NCBI GenBank assembly: GCA_963795165.1
Contig: CAWCGT010000001.1
Location: 1,538,048-1,602,047, forward strand
From: an uncultured Microthrixaceae bacterium
GTDB lineage: Bacteria; Actinomycetota; Acidimicrobiia; Acidimicrobiales; VFJN01
Direction: 5' to 3'
Length of the DNA: 64,000 nt
The notes below the pieces were generated by a model. It searched no databases and was not told where the DNA came from. It saw only the letters and a program-made list of their open reading frames with translations. Positions within the stretch are counted from its first letter, which is position 1. Each line of letters begins with the position of its first letter. Positions 20,974 through 31,530 of the stretch are shown piece by piece. The translations under genes were made by a program, and so were the position numbers.

Positions 20974-22360
20974 GCCGTGCCGCCGACGGTGAGCGCCGGC
21001 ACCCGGAGGGTGGGAACCCCGTCGCCGACCGGCACGCCCTGCCCGTCCTTGCCGCACATCCCCGGGCTCCCCATGGCGAAGTCGTTGCCCACGGCGTCGA
21101 TGCTGGCCAGCACCGCGGGACCGTTGCCGATGAGGTTGCCCTCCCTGATGGGCTCGGTGATGCGACCTCCCTCGATGAGGTAGGCCTCCGTCATGCCGAA
21201 GACGAAGTCCCCGGTGGCCGTGTTCACCTGACCGCCTCCGAGGTGGGCCACGTAGACCCCGTCGGGGGTGCCGGCCACGATGTCGTCGGGCTCGTCGGGC
21301 CCGCCGAGCACGTAGGTGTTGGTCATGCGGACCATCGGGAGGTGCTTGTAGCTCTGGCGGCGGCCGTTGCCCGACCGGGGCCGGCCCTCTGTGCGGGAGC
21401 GGAGCAGGTCGTACATGTAGTCGGTGAGGATGCCGTCCTCGATGAGGACGTTGCGCTGGGCCAGCGAGCCCTCGTCGTCGACGGCGAAGGCGCCCCACTC
21501 CTCGGCCATCGTGCCGTCGTCGACCAGGGTGATGCGCGGGTCGGCCACCCGCTCGCCCACCCGACCGGCGAACACCGAGGCGCCTTTGGCGACCAGATCG
21601 GCTTCCAGGCCGTGCCCGCAAGCCTCATGGAAGAGCACACCGCCGCCGCCGGGGCCGATGACCACGGGCAGGGTGCCGGACGGGGCCGGACGGGCGGCCA
21701 GCTTGAGCAGGGCCCGCTCCGCCGCCTCCCGGGCGATGTCGTCGACGTCGTAGGTGTCGAACAGCTCGAACCCCACGGTGCGGCCGAGCGACTGGTAGCC
21801 CGTCTGCATGCCCGTGTCGCCGGTGGCCACCGCCATCACCGTGAAGAGCGTTCGCACCTGGTCGTCCTCCGTGAGGAGGCCGTCGCTGTTGGCCACCAGG
21901 ATGCGTCGACGGCTATCGCCGTAGCGAGCCGTCACCTGGCTGATGGCCCCACCAGCCGCCGCGGGCACTGGCATCGGCTCGACGCAGCAGCTCCACCTTG
22001 CGGCCCTTGGCCACGTCCTCAGGGAGCACGGCGATCTCGTTGGGTCGGGGTGCCTCCTGGCGGGTGAGGGCCACCTCCACCACCCCGCCGTCCCCGGAGC
22101 GGGCGGCGGCCCCGGCCGCCTCAGCTGCCTCGGCCAAGCCGGCCTCGGACAGGTCGGCGGTGTGGGCGAACCCGGTCGTCTCCCCCACGATCACCCGGAT
22201 CCCGGCCCCGCGGATCGCGGCCGGAGCTGAGGTTCTCCACCTTCCCGTCGTCGAAGATGGCGTTGGCGCTGGCCTTGTCCTCCACGAAGATCTCCGCCAG
22301 CTCGCCTCCTCGGCGCAGGGCGGTGCTCAGGGTGCGTTGGACGAGGTCGTGATCAAGCAC
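20970..22360 (-). pseudogene. tldD: TldD-family metalloprotease, two +1 breaks (~22213, ~21957)
   Basis: The sequence runs through track ORFs 22121..22360(-) (MLDHDLVQRTLSTALRRGGELAEIFVEDK...), 21913..22194(-) (AGIRVIVGETTGFAHTADL...) and 20970..21974(-) (AGGAISQVTARYGD...HEACGHGLE...). Confidence 0.8.
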
Positions 22361-22407
22361 TGGGCTCCTCTTGCTCCGGTGGTCAGGGTGCGGCGTATCG
22401 TACCCAG

Positions 22408-22785
22408 GTGCCTCTGCAGCCAGGGCTCCACGGCAGCGCCAAGCTGGTGGTGGGAGACGACGACACGGCCATCGCCCACCACTCCGGTGACGTACCGGTG
22501 CTGGCCACCCCCCGCCTCATCGCGCTCTGCGAGGAGGCGGCCATCGTCGCCCTCGCTGATGGCCTCCCGGCCGGTCAGACCACCGTGGGCATGCGGGTGC
22601 AGATCGACCACCTGGCCCCCACCTCCGTGGGATCCTCGGTGGCGGCCGAGGCGAACCTGGAGAAGGTGGAGGGGCGCCGGCTCACCTTCACCGTGTCGGC
22701 CAGCGACAGCTGTGGCCTTGTCGCCGCCGGCAAGGTCACCCGAGTGGTCGTCGACACCGACCGCTTCCTCGAGAAGGCCCGCTGA
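22408..22785 (+). CDS. hotdog-fold thioesterase family protein
   Basis: 125-aa ORF. Resembles fluoroacetyl-CoA-thioesterase-like hotdog proteins (VLATPRLIALCEEAA...VGMRVQIDHLAPT). Confidence 0.7.
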   Translation: MPLQPGLHGSAKLVVGDDDTAIAHHSGDVPVLATPRLIALCEEAAIVALADGLPAGQTTVGMRVQIDHLAPTSVGSSVAAEANLEKVEGRRLTFTVSASDSCGLVAAGKVTRVVVDTDRFLEKAR

Positions 22786-22797
22786 GGATCGGCCCGG

Positions 22798-23645
22798 TCA
22801 GAGCCGGGCCAGGAACCCCGACAGCGCCGACCACCAGGCGTCAGGGCTCTCGAACTGCGGGGAGTGCCCCGCCTCCGGGAGCACCACCAGCTCGGCCCCG
22901 GCGATCGCCTCCGCCATCCGCCGGGATGGCTTGAGGAACGGGGTGTCCTCCTCCCCCACCAGCACCAGCGCCGGCATGGCGATCTGGGGAAGGTCGGGGA
23001 GGCGATCGACCGCAGCGGCGTCGGTGATGGCGCGGCAGCATGGCGGCGTACATGACCGGCGACGAGGCGAGCATCTTGCGAGCTCCGAACTCGCGGTAGC
23101 CCTCGCGGGAGTCGAGGAGGCGCTGGTGGGCGCCGCTGGCGAGGGGTTGGTCCTTCCCGAGAGCGTCCTGGGCAGCCATGACGGCGGCCATGCCCTCGGT
23201 TCGGGCCAGCGCCGCCCCCATCTCCACCAGACCGCCGTCGGCTCGCACGCCGCGGTGGGACGTGTCCATGAGGCACCAGCGCGTCGAAGCGCTCGGGCGC
23301 CCGCAGCACCGCCGTCTGCACGACCATGCCGCCCATCGAGTGGCCGAGCACGGCGCAGCGCTCCCATCCCAGCGCGTCGACCAGGCCCAGGAGGTCCGCT
23401 GAGAACACGTCGAACCCGTAGGCCTCCTCCGCATCGGGCTGGGCGCTGCACCCGTGACCCCGCTGGTCGGGCGCCACCGCGTGCCAGCCGAGCTCGGCCA
23501 GCCGATCGAGCCAGTCGGTGAAGTCCTCCTTGGCCCCGGTGAAGCCGTGGACCAGGAGGAGCGGCCGACCGCCGGGACCGGCCTCGGCCAGGCAGAGCTC
23601 GACCGGGCCGCCCGACCCGACCACCTCGAGGTGGCGCTCGATCAC
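22798..23645 (-). pseudogene. alpha/beta hydrolase, two +1 breaks (~23274, ~23036)
   Basis: Track ORFs 22575..23645(-) (MIERHLEVVGSGGPVEL...GHSMGGMVVQ...APERFDALV), 22841..23434(-) (LMDTSHRGV...SSPVMYAAML) and 22798..23682(-) (RAITDAAAVDRLPDL...EAGHSPQFESPDAWW...). Nucleophile elbow GHSMGG. Confidence 0.75.
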
Positions 23646-24556
23646 GATCGGCTGGCGCGTGAACGGGCGCCCAGGAGCCCACCCATCAGATCTGTGAAGG
23701 GCGTGACCTCGTCGGCGGAGGGCACGTCGATGGTGACGGGCTCGCCGTAGTCGAACACCTCCAACGTCATGGCCGCCGTCGCGCCGTCGCCGAGGTCGGT
23801 GCCGGCGAGCATGGACCCCATGTCCATCCGCAGCCGGCGCGGCAGGTCGTCAGCATCGAGCCACACCTCGACGGGGACGCCCGCGTCGGCCGACACCCCG
23901 AGTCGGTCCAGCTGCGCCTCCAGCCGCTCACGCTGATCGGCGGGAGCCCGCTCGATGGCGGTGGCCAGATCCATGGTGATGGAGTAGCGGGTGGTCTCCA
24001 CCCCCCGAACCGTCTCCTGTCCGACCACCTCCGGCTCACCCACCACCCCGCGGAGCGTGTCGAGGAGCTCGGTGAAGTCGTAGGACCCGGCCCCCAGGCC
24101 CAGCCCCTCGGCCCCAGGGCCGAGCGCATCGGGCGTCACGGACAACCACCCATCCGCTCCCGTGAGCATGCGGAACATGGCCGCCCGCAGGTACACGGTC
24201 GTGCCGTCGGCCACGACCTGCCACGGCTCGTCGAAGCCGGCGGGCACCTCCTCGTCGTCGGCGGCGGCCAACCTCTGGAACATGGCGCCCATGTCCATCT
24301 CCATCGACATGCGCTGAGCGGCAGCGTCGAGCGCACCCGTGGCCAAGATGTCGAAGGACTGCCCGTCGACGGTCATGTCCATCACCATCTCGAAGGCGGC
24401 CGTCCCCGACTCGGTCACGGCGTCGGGAGCCGACCGCAGTGCGCTGGCCGCCTCGGCCCCGGTGCGGACCTCGACCGCGGCCCGATCGGCCTCGTCGGCA
24501 CAAGCCGCTACGAGGAGCAACGGCGCGGCCAGCGTCACGATCAGCTTCCGGAACAT
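23642..24556 (-). CDS. secreted lipoprotein (possibly LolA/LppX-like fold)
   Basis: ATG 24556 (MFRKLIVTLAAPLLLVAAC...) within track ORF 23642..24718(-). Signal peptide with lipobox LVAAC. Its stop overlaps the hydrolase start by 4 nt. Confidence 0.6.
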   Translation of the reverse strand: MFRKLIVTLAAPLLLVAACADEADRAAVEVRTGAEAASALRSAPDAVTESGTAAFEMVMDMTVDGQSFDILATGALDAAAQRMSMEMDMGAMFQRLAAADDEEVPAGFDEPWQVVADGTTVYLRAAMFRMLTGADGWLSVTPDALGPGAEGLGLGAGSYDFTELLDTLRGVVGEPEVVGQETVRGVETTRYSITMDLATAIERAPADQRERLEAQLDRLGVSADAGVPVEVWLDADDLPRRLRMDMGSMLAGTDLGDGATAAMTLEVFDYGEPVTIDVPSADEVTPFTDLMGGLLGARSRASRS

Positions 24557-24699
24557 GCGTCCTCCGAGGGTGCAGCGTGTGGTTCGACAGGTCCCAGCCA
24601 GGTCCCCCGCCTGTGCTCGCCCGTGCGGCAGCGTACTGGGCCGACGGAAGGGTCGATAGGGAGGAATACGATGGTCGCCGGACAGCACGAGGGGGGGCA

Positions 24700-25683
24700 G
24701 TGAACCGCAAGCAGGCAATGTCGCTGGTGCTGCGCCTGGCCCTGAGCGGGGCGATGCTCGGCGTGCTGCTGTGGCGGGTCCCGTCCTTCGACCTCGACGA
24801 GGTGGTCCCGGAGCTGACGGTCCGGACCGTCCTGTGGCTGGTCGTGGCCATGGGGCTCACCCTGGCCGGCTTGGTGCTGTCGGCCCTCCGCTGGCAGCGG
24901 GTCCTCGACGTCCTGGGCCTCCACGCCGGACTGCGCCGCCTCCTCTCGCACTACCTCGCCGGCCAGTTCGTCTCCAACGTGCTCCCCACCACCATCGGCG
25001 GCGACGTGCTGCGGGTGAGCAGGCTGTCGCGCGAAACCGGCGAGTCCCCCAAGACCTTCGCCTCCGTCGTGCTGGAGCGGCTCACCGGCTGGCTCGTCCT
25101 CCCGGTGATCAGCGTCATCGGCTTCCTGGTCAACCCCCCGCTCCAGCACCTCGGGCGGGCCACCCAGGTGGCGGTGGGGATGGCCTTCGTCACGCTGCTG
25201 GCGCTCGGGATCCTCCTGTACGCCGTGGCCGACCAGCGCATCGGCGGCCGCTTCGAGGCGCGCGACGGCTGGCGTCGCTTCGCCAGCGCCGTCCACCTCG
25301 GCCTCGACCGGATGAAGCGAGACCCCGCGGCGGCCATCAACGTGCTCGCCGTCGGGTTCGCCTACCAGCTGGTCCTCGTCCTGGCGGCGGTGGCGGCGGC
25401 CCAGGCGCTGGGCGTGCGACCCGCCGGGCTCACCGCCCTGCTCGCCTTCTTCCCCGCCGTCGCCATCGCCCAGGTGCTGCCCATCGGGATCTCCGGGCTC
25501 GGTGTGCGAGAGGGGGCCTTCGTCCTCTTCCTCAGTCCCCTCGGCGTGGCCTCTCAGGACGCCATCGCCCTGGGACTGCTCCTCTACCTGCTCAACCTGG
25601 GCGTGAGCCTGCTGGGCGCTCCGGCGTTTGCGGTGGGAGGTCGCCTCCCCAACCCCGAGGCAGCGCTTCCCGCCGCACCGTGA
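24700..25683 (+). CDS. lysylphosphatidylglycerol-synthase transmembrane-region (UPF0104/flippase-like) protein
   Basis: Polytopic membrane ORF (VNRKQAMSLVLRLALSGAML...GGDVLRVSRL...). The start is GTG 24700 or ATG 24718. There is no C-terminal synthase domain. Confidence 0.7.
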   Translation: MNRKQAMSLVLRLALSGAMLGVLLWRVPSFDLDEVVPELTVRTVLWLVVAMGLTLAGLVLSALRWQRVLDVLGLHAGLRRLLSHYLAGQFVSNVLPTTIGGDVLRVSRLSRETGESPKTFASVVLERLTGWLVLPVISVIGFLVNPPLQHLGRATQVAVGMAFVTLLALGILLYAVADQRIGGRFEARDGWRRFASAVHLGLDRMKRDPAAAINVLAVGFAYQLVLVLAAVAAAQALGVRPAGLTALLAFFPAVAIAQVLPIGISGLGVREGAFVLFLSPLGVASQDAIALGLLLYLLNLGVSLLGAPAFAVGGRLPNPEAALPAAP

Positions 25684-25701
25684 CCTGCTAACCCTTGCGC
25701 C

Positions 25702-26544
25702 ATGACTGAGGTGGCGGCGGAGGCCGAGATCGGCGACGACCGCGCCGGCCTCCGGTGGTGGAAGGAGGTGCTCCTCGCCGCTGCCGTGTACGGGGTGTAC
25801 TCGGTCGTGCGGAACCAGTTCGGGTCCGCTGGCGGGGACCCGGGCCCGGCCTTCGGCCACGCCCTGGACCTCATCGACCTGGAGGATCGCCTCCACCTCT
25901 ACGTCGAGCGGGACATCCAGGCGTGGTACCTGGACCTGCCGGCCAACGGGCTCATCCGACTCTGGAACGTGTACTACGGGCTCGCCCACTTCGTGGTGAC
26001 GCTGGGGGCGTTGGTGTGGATGTTCCGCCGGGCCCCCACCCGTCATCGGGTGCTTCGCAACACCTTGGCCATCACCACCGCGCTGGCGGTGATCGGGTTC
26101 GCGGCCTACTCCCTCATGCCGCCGCGCCTCCTCGACGACCCAGGCGAGTTCGGAGGGTGCCAGGTCTACGCTCCCGAGGCCGCCCGCGCCGCGCCGCCGG
26201 GGGCCCTCACCGCACCGGGCTGCGACCGCTTCGGCTACGTCGACACGGTGGCCCGCTACGGCGGGTGGATCAGCTTCGGCGACGAGGGCATGAAGCAGGT
26301 GTCGAACCAGTACGCCGCCATGCCCAGCATGCACATCGGCTGGTCGGCCTGGAGCGCCATCGTGCTCGTGCCGCTGGTGCGACGACGTTGGGCCAAGGCG
26401 CTCGCCGTCCTCTACCCGTTCATCACGTTGGTGTGCATCGTGGTCACCGGCAACCACTACTGGATCGATGGCGTGGGCGGCCTGGCCTGCCTGGCGGCGG
26501 GCTATGGCTTGGCCCGGGTGCTCACCCGACCCCAGGTGGAGTAG
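25702..26544 (+). CDS. PAP2-superfamily membrane protein (inositol-phosphorylceramide-synthase-like PAP2_C type)
   Basis: 280-aa polytopic ORF. C-terminal motif pair AMPSMHIGWS ... TGNHYWIDGVGG, typical of PAP2_C phosphotransferases. Confidence 0.7.
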   Translation: MTEVAAEAEIGDDRAGLRWWKEVLLAAAVYGVYSVVRNQFGSAGGDPGPAFGHALDLIDLEDRLHLYVERDIQAWYLDLPANGLIRLWNVYYGLAHFVVTLGALVWMFRRAPTRHRVLRNTLAITTALAVIGFAAYSLMPPRLLDDPGEFGGCQVYAPEAARAAPPGALTAPGCDRFGYVDTVARYGGWISFGDEGMKQVSNQYAAMPSMHIGWSAWSAIVLVPLVRRRWAKALAVLYPFITLVCIVVTGNHYWIDGVGGLACLAAGYGLARVLTRPQVE

Positions 26545-26558
26545 GCGACCCCGAGCGG

Positions 26559-26777
26559 CTACTCGTTGTCCTGGTTGGTCCCCTCGTCCTGGGCGTCGAC
26601 CTCCTGCTCCACCTGGTCCTCGATGGAGTCGACGGTGTCCTTGCCGTCCTGGATCTCCTCGTCGGTGGTGCCGCCGTCGCCGTCCTCGTCGGAGCAGGCG
26701 GCGGCAGTCAACGAGCCGAGCCCGAGGAGAGCGGCCAGGGTGGCGGAGCGGAGACGGCTGGTGGTGGTGCGCTGCAT
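26559..26777 (-). CDS. small acidic lipoprotein
   Basis: 72-aa ORF. Signal peptide plus lipobox (LGSLTAAAC) followed by a very Asp/Glu-rich mature part. No family recognised. Confidence 0.45.
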   Translation of the reverse strand: MQRTTTSRLRSATLAALLGLGSLTAAACSDEDGDGGTTDEEIQDGKDTVDSIEDQVEQEVDAQDEGTNQDNE

Positions 26778-26814
26778 GACGCCGCCCTTACCCCACCGCC
26801 GGGGCCGCGAACCC

Positions 26815-27873
26815 TCACCGCTCCGTCGACCACCAGATCGGCCCCCCGTGGTACCCGGAGGTGGCCAGGAGGCGCTCGTCGCCGTGAGGCCAGGTCGTCA
26901 GGCGGAGCTCCGCCCGCTCGCCGCCAGGCTCCAGGCGCAGCCAGGCCAGCGGGGCAGCACCGGTGGCCCGTTGGCCCGCCTCGGCCAGCGCCTGCCGAAA
27001 CCGCCGTCGCTGAGCGGCGGAGAGGTACTGGGCCACGATCGAGTGCACCACCACGGTGGCCATCCCCGGGCGAGGCTCGGCGAGCCGCCTCGCCACCCAA
27101 TCGTCGGCGTCGGCCTCCTCCACGGTGGCGGGCACCCGGCGGGCGACGCCGATGGCGGCCTCCAAGCGACGGACGCGCTCCAGCTGGTCGGGCCACACGT
27201 ATGACAGCAAGGTCAGCCGGCCCTCCGGGGTGGTGGCATCGACGGGGTTGCGATCGCACCCCGCCCGCTCGGCCACGTCGAAGGCGGCCGGGAGCTCAGG
27301 CGGTTCGCCCTCCCACAACCCCGCGAAGCGGACGGGGCTGTCGGGATCGCCGGTCACCCCCCGGCCCGTGTCGTAGGCGTAGTGGTCCCACCGGAGGTTG
27401 AGACCGGCACTGGCCCCCACCTCGAGGACGCGGAGGGGAAGGTGCGTGCGACGAGCCACGGCTGCGTAGCCGCCCACCAGCACAGCCGAGCGGCCCACCT
27501 CGTTGGTCTGCACGCCGTCCTCGATCCGCCGATCGATCTCCGCCGCGTGCTCCTCCACCGTGGCCAGGAAGGCAGCCTCGGCTCCATCGCCCGGCTGGCC
27601 TCCGGCCGACGGGTAGTGACCGGCCAGCGCGGGAGACCGTCCCTCCAGCACGATCCGGTGGACGGCGCCGAGGAAGCGCAGCGTGAGGGCCGAGCCCAGC
27701 GGATCTCCGACACGGCCGGTCAGCAGGGCCGTCGTGGGCCCGCCCCGTCGCAGGTCGGCCACCACGGCTCGCAGGACGAGCCCGTAGAGGGGGGACCCCT
27801 GACCAGCGCAGGCGTCGGCCTGGAACGCCACCACCTCGACCACCCGGTCGAGGTCGTCGTGCCCCTCAGCCAC
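26815..27873 (-). CDS. DUF2332 family protein
   Basis: 352-aa ORF resembling DUF2332 proteins (SPLYGLVLRAVVADL..., LEVGASAGLNLRWD...). Overlaps the cyclase gene end by 8 nt. Confidence 0.7.
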   Translation of the reverse strand: MAEGHDDLDRVVEVVAFQADACAGQGSPLYGLVLRAVVADLRRGGPTTALLTGRVGDPLGSALTLRFLGAVHRIVLEGRSPALAGHYPSAGGQPGDGAEAAFLATVEEHAAEIDRRIEDGVQTNEVGRSAVLVGGYAAVARRTHLPLRVLEVGASAGLNLRWDHYAYDTGRGVTGDPDSPVRFAGLWEGEPPELPAAFDVAERAGCDRNPVDATTPEGRLTLLSYVWPDQLERVRRLEAAIGVARRVPATVEEADADDWVARRLAEPRPGMATVVVHSIVAQYLSAAQRRRFRQALAEAGQRATGAAPLAWLRLEPGGERAELRLTTWPHGDERLLATSGYHGGPIWWSTER

Positions 27874-28669
27874 CTCGAGACACCGGGCACACCGACACCG
27901 CCTGCTCCACGCCCTTGAAGCTGCGCCGGCGGGCGCGACCGAACACCACCGATGGGAGGTCCCCCACCGCGTCGCGGGTGGTGGCAGTGGCCAGCACCTG
28001 ATCCCCCTTGGCCACGGAGGCCACGCGAGCCGCCACGTTCACGTCGTGGCCGATGAGGTCGTCGGCGGTGGCCACCACCTCACCGGTGTGCACCCCCGCC
28101 CGAAGGCGGAGGGCCTCCGGCGGCACCTCGATCAGCTCGAGGGCCGCCATCACAGCCGACTCGGCCGAAGGGAAGGAGAGCATCAGCCCATCGCCCAGCC
28201 GCTTGACCACCCGGCCGCCGCGGCTGCGCACGACCGGGCCGATCACCCGGTGGTGATCGGCCAGCAGGGCGAGGGCGGCATCGTCGCCGTGGCGGGACGT
28301 GAAGCGGGTGAAGCCCTCGAGGTCGGTGAACACGATCGACAGCGGGATCGGCCGCGTGGCCTCCTCGTCGCCACTGCGGTCGTAGGCCAACAGCTGCAAG
28401 GCGTTGAGGCCGATCGACCCCAGCGCCGACGGTCGCCGCTCCACGGACCGCTCGAGGAACCGATGGACGACGTCGAGGGCAGGGGCGGTGCGCATCGGGC
28501 GGTCGCCGGGGGCCTCGAGCCACGACCGGTCGACGAGCCCTACCTCCACGGCGGTGTCGGTGAGCTCCGGATCTCGCCGAAGCAGGTCGGCGGCGCGCTC
28601 GGCCAGCCCTCGCCGTACCGATCCCATGGCCGACTCACCCTTGGGTTGCACGTCGTCGGCTCCAGCCAC
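27866..28669 (-). CDS. class III adenylate/guanylate cyclase
   Basis: C-terminal cyclase homology domain: IVFTDLEGFTRFTSRHGDD...KRLGDGLMLSF...RAGVHTGEVV...GHDVNVAARV. The start could be ATG 28627 instead of 28669. Confidence 0.8.
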   Translation of the reverse strand: MAGADDVQPKGESAMGSVRRGLAERAADLLRRDPELTDTAVEVGLVDRSWLEAPGDRPMRTAPALDVVHRFLERSVERRPSALGSIGLNALQLLAYDRSGDEEATRPIPLSIVFTDLEGFTRFTSRHGDDAALALLADHHRVIGPVVRSRGGRVVKRLGDGLMLSFPSAESAVMAALELIEVPPEALRLRAGVHTGEVVATADDLIGHDVNVAARVASVAKGDQVLATATTRDAVGDLPSVVFGRARRRSFKGVEQAVSVCPVSRGG

Positions 28670-28753
28670 CGGCCCAACCTAGCCACCGCCGCTCGCCGAA
28701 AACCCTGCCCTGCGTGGTCTCGGTGGCCGGGTGGCGGGTACCGTGGGTCCTCC

Positions 28754-30598
28754 ATGCTCCTCGACTCGATCCACGGTCCCGGCGACCTGAAGGCGCTCTC
28801 CCAGGAGCAGCTCGAGCGGCTGGCGGTCGAGCTCCGGCAGCTCATCGTCACCTCCGTGGAGGGGACTGGTCACGGGCACCTCGGCTCCAACCTCGGGGCG
28901 GTGGAGCTCACCCTGGCGCTGCACCGCGTCTTCGACTCGCCCCGCGACATCCTGCTGTGGGACACCGGCCACCAGGCCTACGTGCACAAGATGCTCACCG
29001 GGCGCGTGGCCGACTTCGCCACCCTGCGCCAGGCCGGCGGGCTCTCCGGCTACCCATCGCGTGCGGAGTCGGACCACGACTGGATCGAGAACAGCCACGC
29101 GTCCACCGTGATCAGCTACGCCCACGGGCTGGCCGTCGCCCAGGAGCACGAGCTGGGAGACGGGCGGCGCATCGTGGCCGTGATCGGCGACGGCTCGCTC
29201 ACCGGCGGCATGGCCTTCGAGGGCCTCAACAACCTGGGCCACTCGGGCAAGAAGGCCATCCTCGTGCTCAACGACAACGGCCGGTCTTACGCCCCCACCG
29301 TCTCCAAGCTGGGCGACAGCCTGGCTCGGCTGCGCCTCAACCCCACCTACCTGCGCAACCGCTCGCGGCTCGACCGCATCCTCCACGAGGTGCCGGTGGT
29401 GGGGCACCAGCTCGAGAAGAGCCTCGACGGCTTCGTGGCGGCCATGCGCGAGATGTTCGAGCCGCCGGCCTTCTTCGAGAACCTCGGCGTTCGCTACACC
29501 GGCCCCTTCGACGGGCACGACATCGAGGGCATGGAGAAGGCCCTGCGCCACGCCGCCGAGTACGACGGGCCGATCGTGGTCCACGTCCTCACCCAGAAGG
29601 GCCGGGGCCACGCCCCCGCCGAGAACGACGAGGTGAAGCGGCTCCACGACATGGGCCACGGCGCCAAGCCGGGCAGCTACACGGCCGCCTTCACCGAAGC
29701 CATGATCAAGGAGGCGGAGGCGCGGCCCGAGCTGGTGGCCATCACCGCCGCCATGCCCGACTCCACCGGCCTCCTCCCCTTCGGAGAGCGGTTCCCCGGC
29801 CGGCTCATCGACGTGGGCATCGCCGAGCAGCACGCCGTGACGTCGGCCGCCGGGATGGCGATGGGGGGCCTGCGGCCCGTCGTCGCCGTCTACGCCACCT
29901 TCCTCACCCGGGCCGTCGACCAGGTCACCTACGACGTCGGCCTCCACGGCCAGCCGGTGGTGTTCTGCCTCGATCGGGCGGGCATCACGGGCGACGACGG
30001 CGCGTCGCACCACGGGGTGCTCGACATGGCGCTCGTCACCAAGGTGCCGGGGATGACCCTCTTCGCCCCCTCCAGCTACCAGGAGCTCGGGGTGATGCTG
30101 CACGACGCCCTCGACCTGTGCACCGACGGTCCGGCCGCCATACGGTGGTCGAAGACAGCCGCCCCCTCCGTGTCCGACGACGAGGTGGGCTCGGGTCTCT
30201 CGGCCCGCCGGGTGCGGGTGGGTGCTGATGTGTGCATCCTCGCCGTGGGCAAGATGCTGGGCGCGGCCCAGGAGGCCGCCGAGGCGCTGGCCGCTGAGGG
30301 CGTGGAGGCCACGGTGTGGGACGTGCGGGTGGTCCCCCTCGACCCCGAGATGCTCGCCGACGCGGCCAGCCATCCAGCCGTCGTCACCGCCGAAGACGGC
30401 GTGCGCGAGGGCGGGGTCGGCACGATGATCGCCGATGCCATCTCCCGCACGGGCCGCAGCGCCCCTCCGGTGCGGGTGCTGGGGGTGCCCATCGAGTTCA
30501 TCCCGCACGGCAAGCCCGACCAGATCCTCGCCGAGCTGGGACTCGACGGGTCTGGCCTGGCGGCAGCTGTGCAGGCCCTCCTCGCCCCCGCCGGCTGA
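28754..30598 (+). CDS. dxs: 1-deoxy-D-xylulose-5-phosphate synthase
   Basis: ATG 28754 (MLLDSIHGPGDLKAL...) within track ORF 28046..30598; 614 aa. TPP motif GDGSLTGGMAFEGLNN. Full-length DXS architecture. Confidence 0.95.
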   Translation: MLLDSIHGPGDLKALSQEQLERLAVELRQLIVTSVEGTGHGHLGSNLGAVELTLALHRVFDSPRDILLWDTGHQAYVHKMLTGRVADFATLRQAGGLSGYPSRAESDHDWIENSHASTVISYAHGLAVAQEHELGDGRRIVAVIGDGSLTGGMAFEGLNNLGHSGKKAILVLNDNGRSYAPTVSKLGDSLARLRLNPTYLRNRSRLDRILHEVPVVGHQLEKSLDGFVAAMREMFEPPAFFENLGVRYTGPFDGHDIEGMEKALRHAAEYDGPIVVHVLTQKGRGHAPAENDEVKRLHDMGHGAKPGSYTAAFTEAMIKEAEARPELVAITAAMPDSTGLLPFGERFPGRLIDVGIAEQHAVTSAAGMAMGGLRPVVAVYATFLTRAVDQVTYDVGLHGQPVVFCLDRAGITGDDGASHHGVLDMALVTKVPGMTLFAPSSYQELGVMLHDALDLCTDGPAAIRWSKTAAPSVSDDEVGSGLSARRVRVGADVCILAVGKMLGAAQEAAEALAAEGVEATVWDVRVVPLDPEMLADAASHPAVVTAEDGVREGGVGTMIADAISRTGRSAPPVRVLGVPIEFIPHGKPDQILAELGLDGSGLAAAVQALLAPAG

Positions 30599-30641
30599 GC
30601 CGGGCGGGAACCACCCAGGGTCCCTGGACGTCGGATCCACC

Positions 30642-31526
30642 ATGCGACGACTCCTGCTGGGCCTCCTCATCGTCGCGGCCGCCGTCGGCTGCCGCGATCA
30701 GGGGGCCGAGGTGCGGGCCGACGGCGAGAGCGCTGGCGACGTAGCGGTGGCCCAGCTCGTCCGGCGCGACTGGCGCATCGAGGTGATCACCGACGCCAGT
30801 GGCGACCGCCGGGACGTCGCCCCGGACTACGACGCCGTGCTGCGCTTCGACGGCGAAGGCGGCTTCAGTGCCAAGACGTGCAACCACACCGGGGGCGACG
30901 TCACCGTCGATGCGGGGCGGCTCACCTGGGGTCGCGAGATCGCCTCGACAGCGGCGGCGTGCCTCGACGAGGACCTGACCTGGATCGAGACCACTCTGGG
31001 ATCGCTGTTCCGCGGGAGCGCCACGTGGACGCTCGCCGACGGGCGGCTGCACATCCGGGGCAACGGCGTGGCAGCGGAGCTGAGCGAACGCCCGGTCGGG
31101 TTCCCCACCGAGCTGGTGCAGCTGGCCACCTCCGACCCGGACGGCGAGTCGGAGTGGCAGTTCGGCTACGCCGAGGATTCGGCCGCCGGTCCTGGTGGCT
31201 ACCGCTTCTCGCTCACCTGGGAGGGCCGGTCAGGACCGGGCAGGGGCTACGGCTCCTCGGGCATGGTCGTGGACCCGGAGGTCCCGATGGACACCATGTG
31301 GGTGGACGACGTCGACGGGCGGCTGTTCCCCTTCGGCACCTTGCCCGTCGGAGCGGCGGCTGCAGTCTTCGAGAGCGTCGACGGCACCACCGAGGCCCTC
31401 CAGACCCATGAGCTACCCGACGGCCGACGCGTGTACGGGGAGACGGTAGAGGCCGGTCAGGGCCAGGTGGTGGCCGTCGACGGCGCCGGGCACGAGATGG
31501 GCCGCGGCCGCGTGGTGCCCGTCTGA
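30642..31526 (+). CDS. lipoprotein with N-terminal META (HslJ-like) domain
   Basis: ATG 30642 (MRRLLLGLLIVAAAVGC...), lipobox AAVGC. META-like region (WRIEVITDASG...FSAKTCNHTGGDVTV...LTWGREIASTAAAC). Confidence 0.6.
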   Translation: MRRLLLGLLIVAAAVGCRDQGAEVRADGESAGDVAVAQLVRRDWRIEVITDASGDRRDVAPDYDAVLRFDGEGGFSAKTCNHTGGDVTVDAGRLTWGREIASTAAACLDEDLTWIETTLGSLFRGSATWTLADGRLHIRGNGVAAELSERPVGFPTELVQLATSDPDGESEWQFGYAEDSAAGPGGYRFSLTWEGRSGPGRGYGSSGMVVDPEVPMDTMWVDDVDGRLFPFGTLPVGAAAAVFESVDGTTEALQTHELPDGRRVYGETVEAGQGQVVAVDGAGHEMGRGRVVPV

Positions 31527-31530
31527 TAGC

